From Octopus sinensis (taxonomy: Eukaryota), in NCBI RefSeq assembly GCF_006345805.1, contig NW_021827430.1, positions 1 through 10,396 of the forward strand: 10,396 bases of DNA, in the 5' to 3' direction. A program made the translations under genes and the position numbers. This document shows, piece by piece, positions 9,459-10,396 of the stretch. Position 1 is the stretch's first letter. Every line of letters starts with the position of its first letter. The notes under the pieces are model-generated. The model had not been told where the DNA came from. It worked only from the letters and a program-made list of their open reading frames with translations, and did not search any database.

Positions 9459-9489
9459 GTATATATATGTGTATATATATATTCATATA

Positions 9490-10070
9490 TAATCAATATA
9501 GGGTGGCAAGGAAAATTTTGTAGAATTTTTTTGCCACCAGCGGCCCAGTGGGAAAAAATTAAATAGTCATAGACCATTTTTAAGTTCAACATTAACAATT
9601 AAGAAACGGCCATAATAGGCCATTCACCACTAGAAATAACAGCCAAAGCTTCTACCGCAAATAAAGATTAATTCCGTAAACAGGAGAAAATTAAAAAAAA
9701 TTTACCCTGTAATTTCTTGTACGGTATACCGTTTCATCCGCTGTTTAATGGTAAACTAACCTGATTAAATTAAATCAAGCCAATCTTCCATAAGCCTCGG
9801 ATTCTTCAGCAAGAAATAGCTCAAGTCGGAACAGATATTTACACAAGGCATACCCAATCTTGCCAAGGCAATATCTGACCTCCTAAAATTTTCAAATCGT
9901 CGCACTCGCGCCAAATTTATCGGCAGCAAATAAATATAGCCGTCGATTCCATTACGGAATTAACCAAAAAATTCATAATTAATCAATATAGGGTGGCAAG
10001 GAAAATTTTGTAGAATTTTATTGCCACCAGCGGCCCAGTGGGAAAAAATTAAATAGTCATAGACCATTTT
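9490..10070 (-). mobile_element. Hammerhead-containing non-autonomous retroelement (non-LTR retrozyme / Penelope-like pseudo-LTR unit), ~490 bp monomer present as ~1.2 copies
   Basis: 9490-9580 is repeated at 9980-10070 (90/91 identical). There is no meaningful ORF, an internal type I hammerhead, and (TA)n on both flanks. Confidence 0.75.
9712..9817 (-). ncRNA. Type I hammerhead ribozyme
   Basis: Minus-strand RNA: AUUUCUUG-CUGAAGA-AUCCG-[57 nt hairpin extension]-CGGAU-GAA-ACGG-UAUA-CCGU-A-CAAGAAAU. Stem I is a perfect 8 bp, stem II 5 bp, stem III 4 bp. The CUGANGA and GAAA cores are intact, and the GUA triplet predicts cleavage between 9720 and 9719. Confidence 0.9.
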
Positions 10071-10313
10071 ATATTCATATATATATATTCCTGCATATAT
10101 ATACATGTGTATATATATGTGCATATATATCTATTCATACATATATATGCATATATATACATGTAATATATATATATATAATATATATATTCATACATAT
10201 ACTCACACACACATATATATATTCATAAATATATGTATGCATATATATATATATATATATATGTATGTATATATTCATACATTTATTCACACACACACAC
10301 ACACCCACACATA
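10071..10313. repeat. Degenerate (TA)n/(CA)n microsatellite tract
   Basis: Read directly from the sequence. Confidence 0.95.
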
Positions 10314-10396
10314 TCATCATCATCATCATCGTCATTTAGCGTTCGCTTTCCATGCTAGCATGGGTTGGACGGTTCAACTGGGGTCTGGGAAGCCAG
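10314..10396 (-). mobile_element. 3' end of a second family D retroposon (cut by window edge)
   Basis: (CAT)n followed by tttagcgttcgctttccatgctagcatgggttggacggttcaactggggtctg matches 8995-9063. Confidence 0.75.

Noticed and set aside
9490-10070. TRIM or mini-LTR retrotransposon explanation for the 91-bp direct repeats
   Set aside because: The repeats lack TG...CA termini and no primer-binding site or polypurine tract is evident. The internal hammerhead fits a retrozyme or Penelope-like origin better.
105-10335. All ORFs in the six-frame track as protein-coding genes
   Set aside because: They are short, mostly low-complexity translations of microsatellites (YIYI, THTH, LSLS) or of SINE and minisatellite sequence, with no recognisable domain.

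Overview
Eukaryotic, AT-rich, repeat-dense non-coding DNA with no credible protein-coding gene: the listed ORFs are microsatellite or SINE read-throughs. The tRNA-derived SINE families and dense (TA)n/(CA)n/(TATC)n tracts resemble octopus (cephalopod) genomic DNA as I recall it; this is an inference, not a database result. The left 6.2 kb is an old, diverged tandem triplication of a unit made of a minus-strand SINE plus an ~800 bp block. It has been modified by nested SINEs, a hAT-like MITE and two much younger templated copies (58 bp direct, 221 bp inverted). The main finding is at 9490-10070: an ORF-less ~490 bp element with a 91 bp terminal direct repeat (about 1.2 units), set between (TA)n tracts. 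It carries a complete type I hammerhead ribozyme on the minus strand (9712-9817), the architecture of a non-LTR retrozyme or non-autonomous Penelope-like element.
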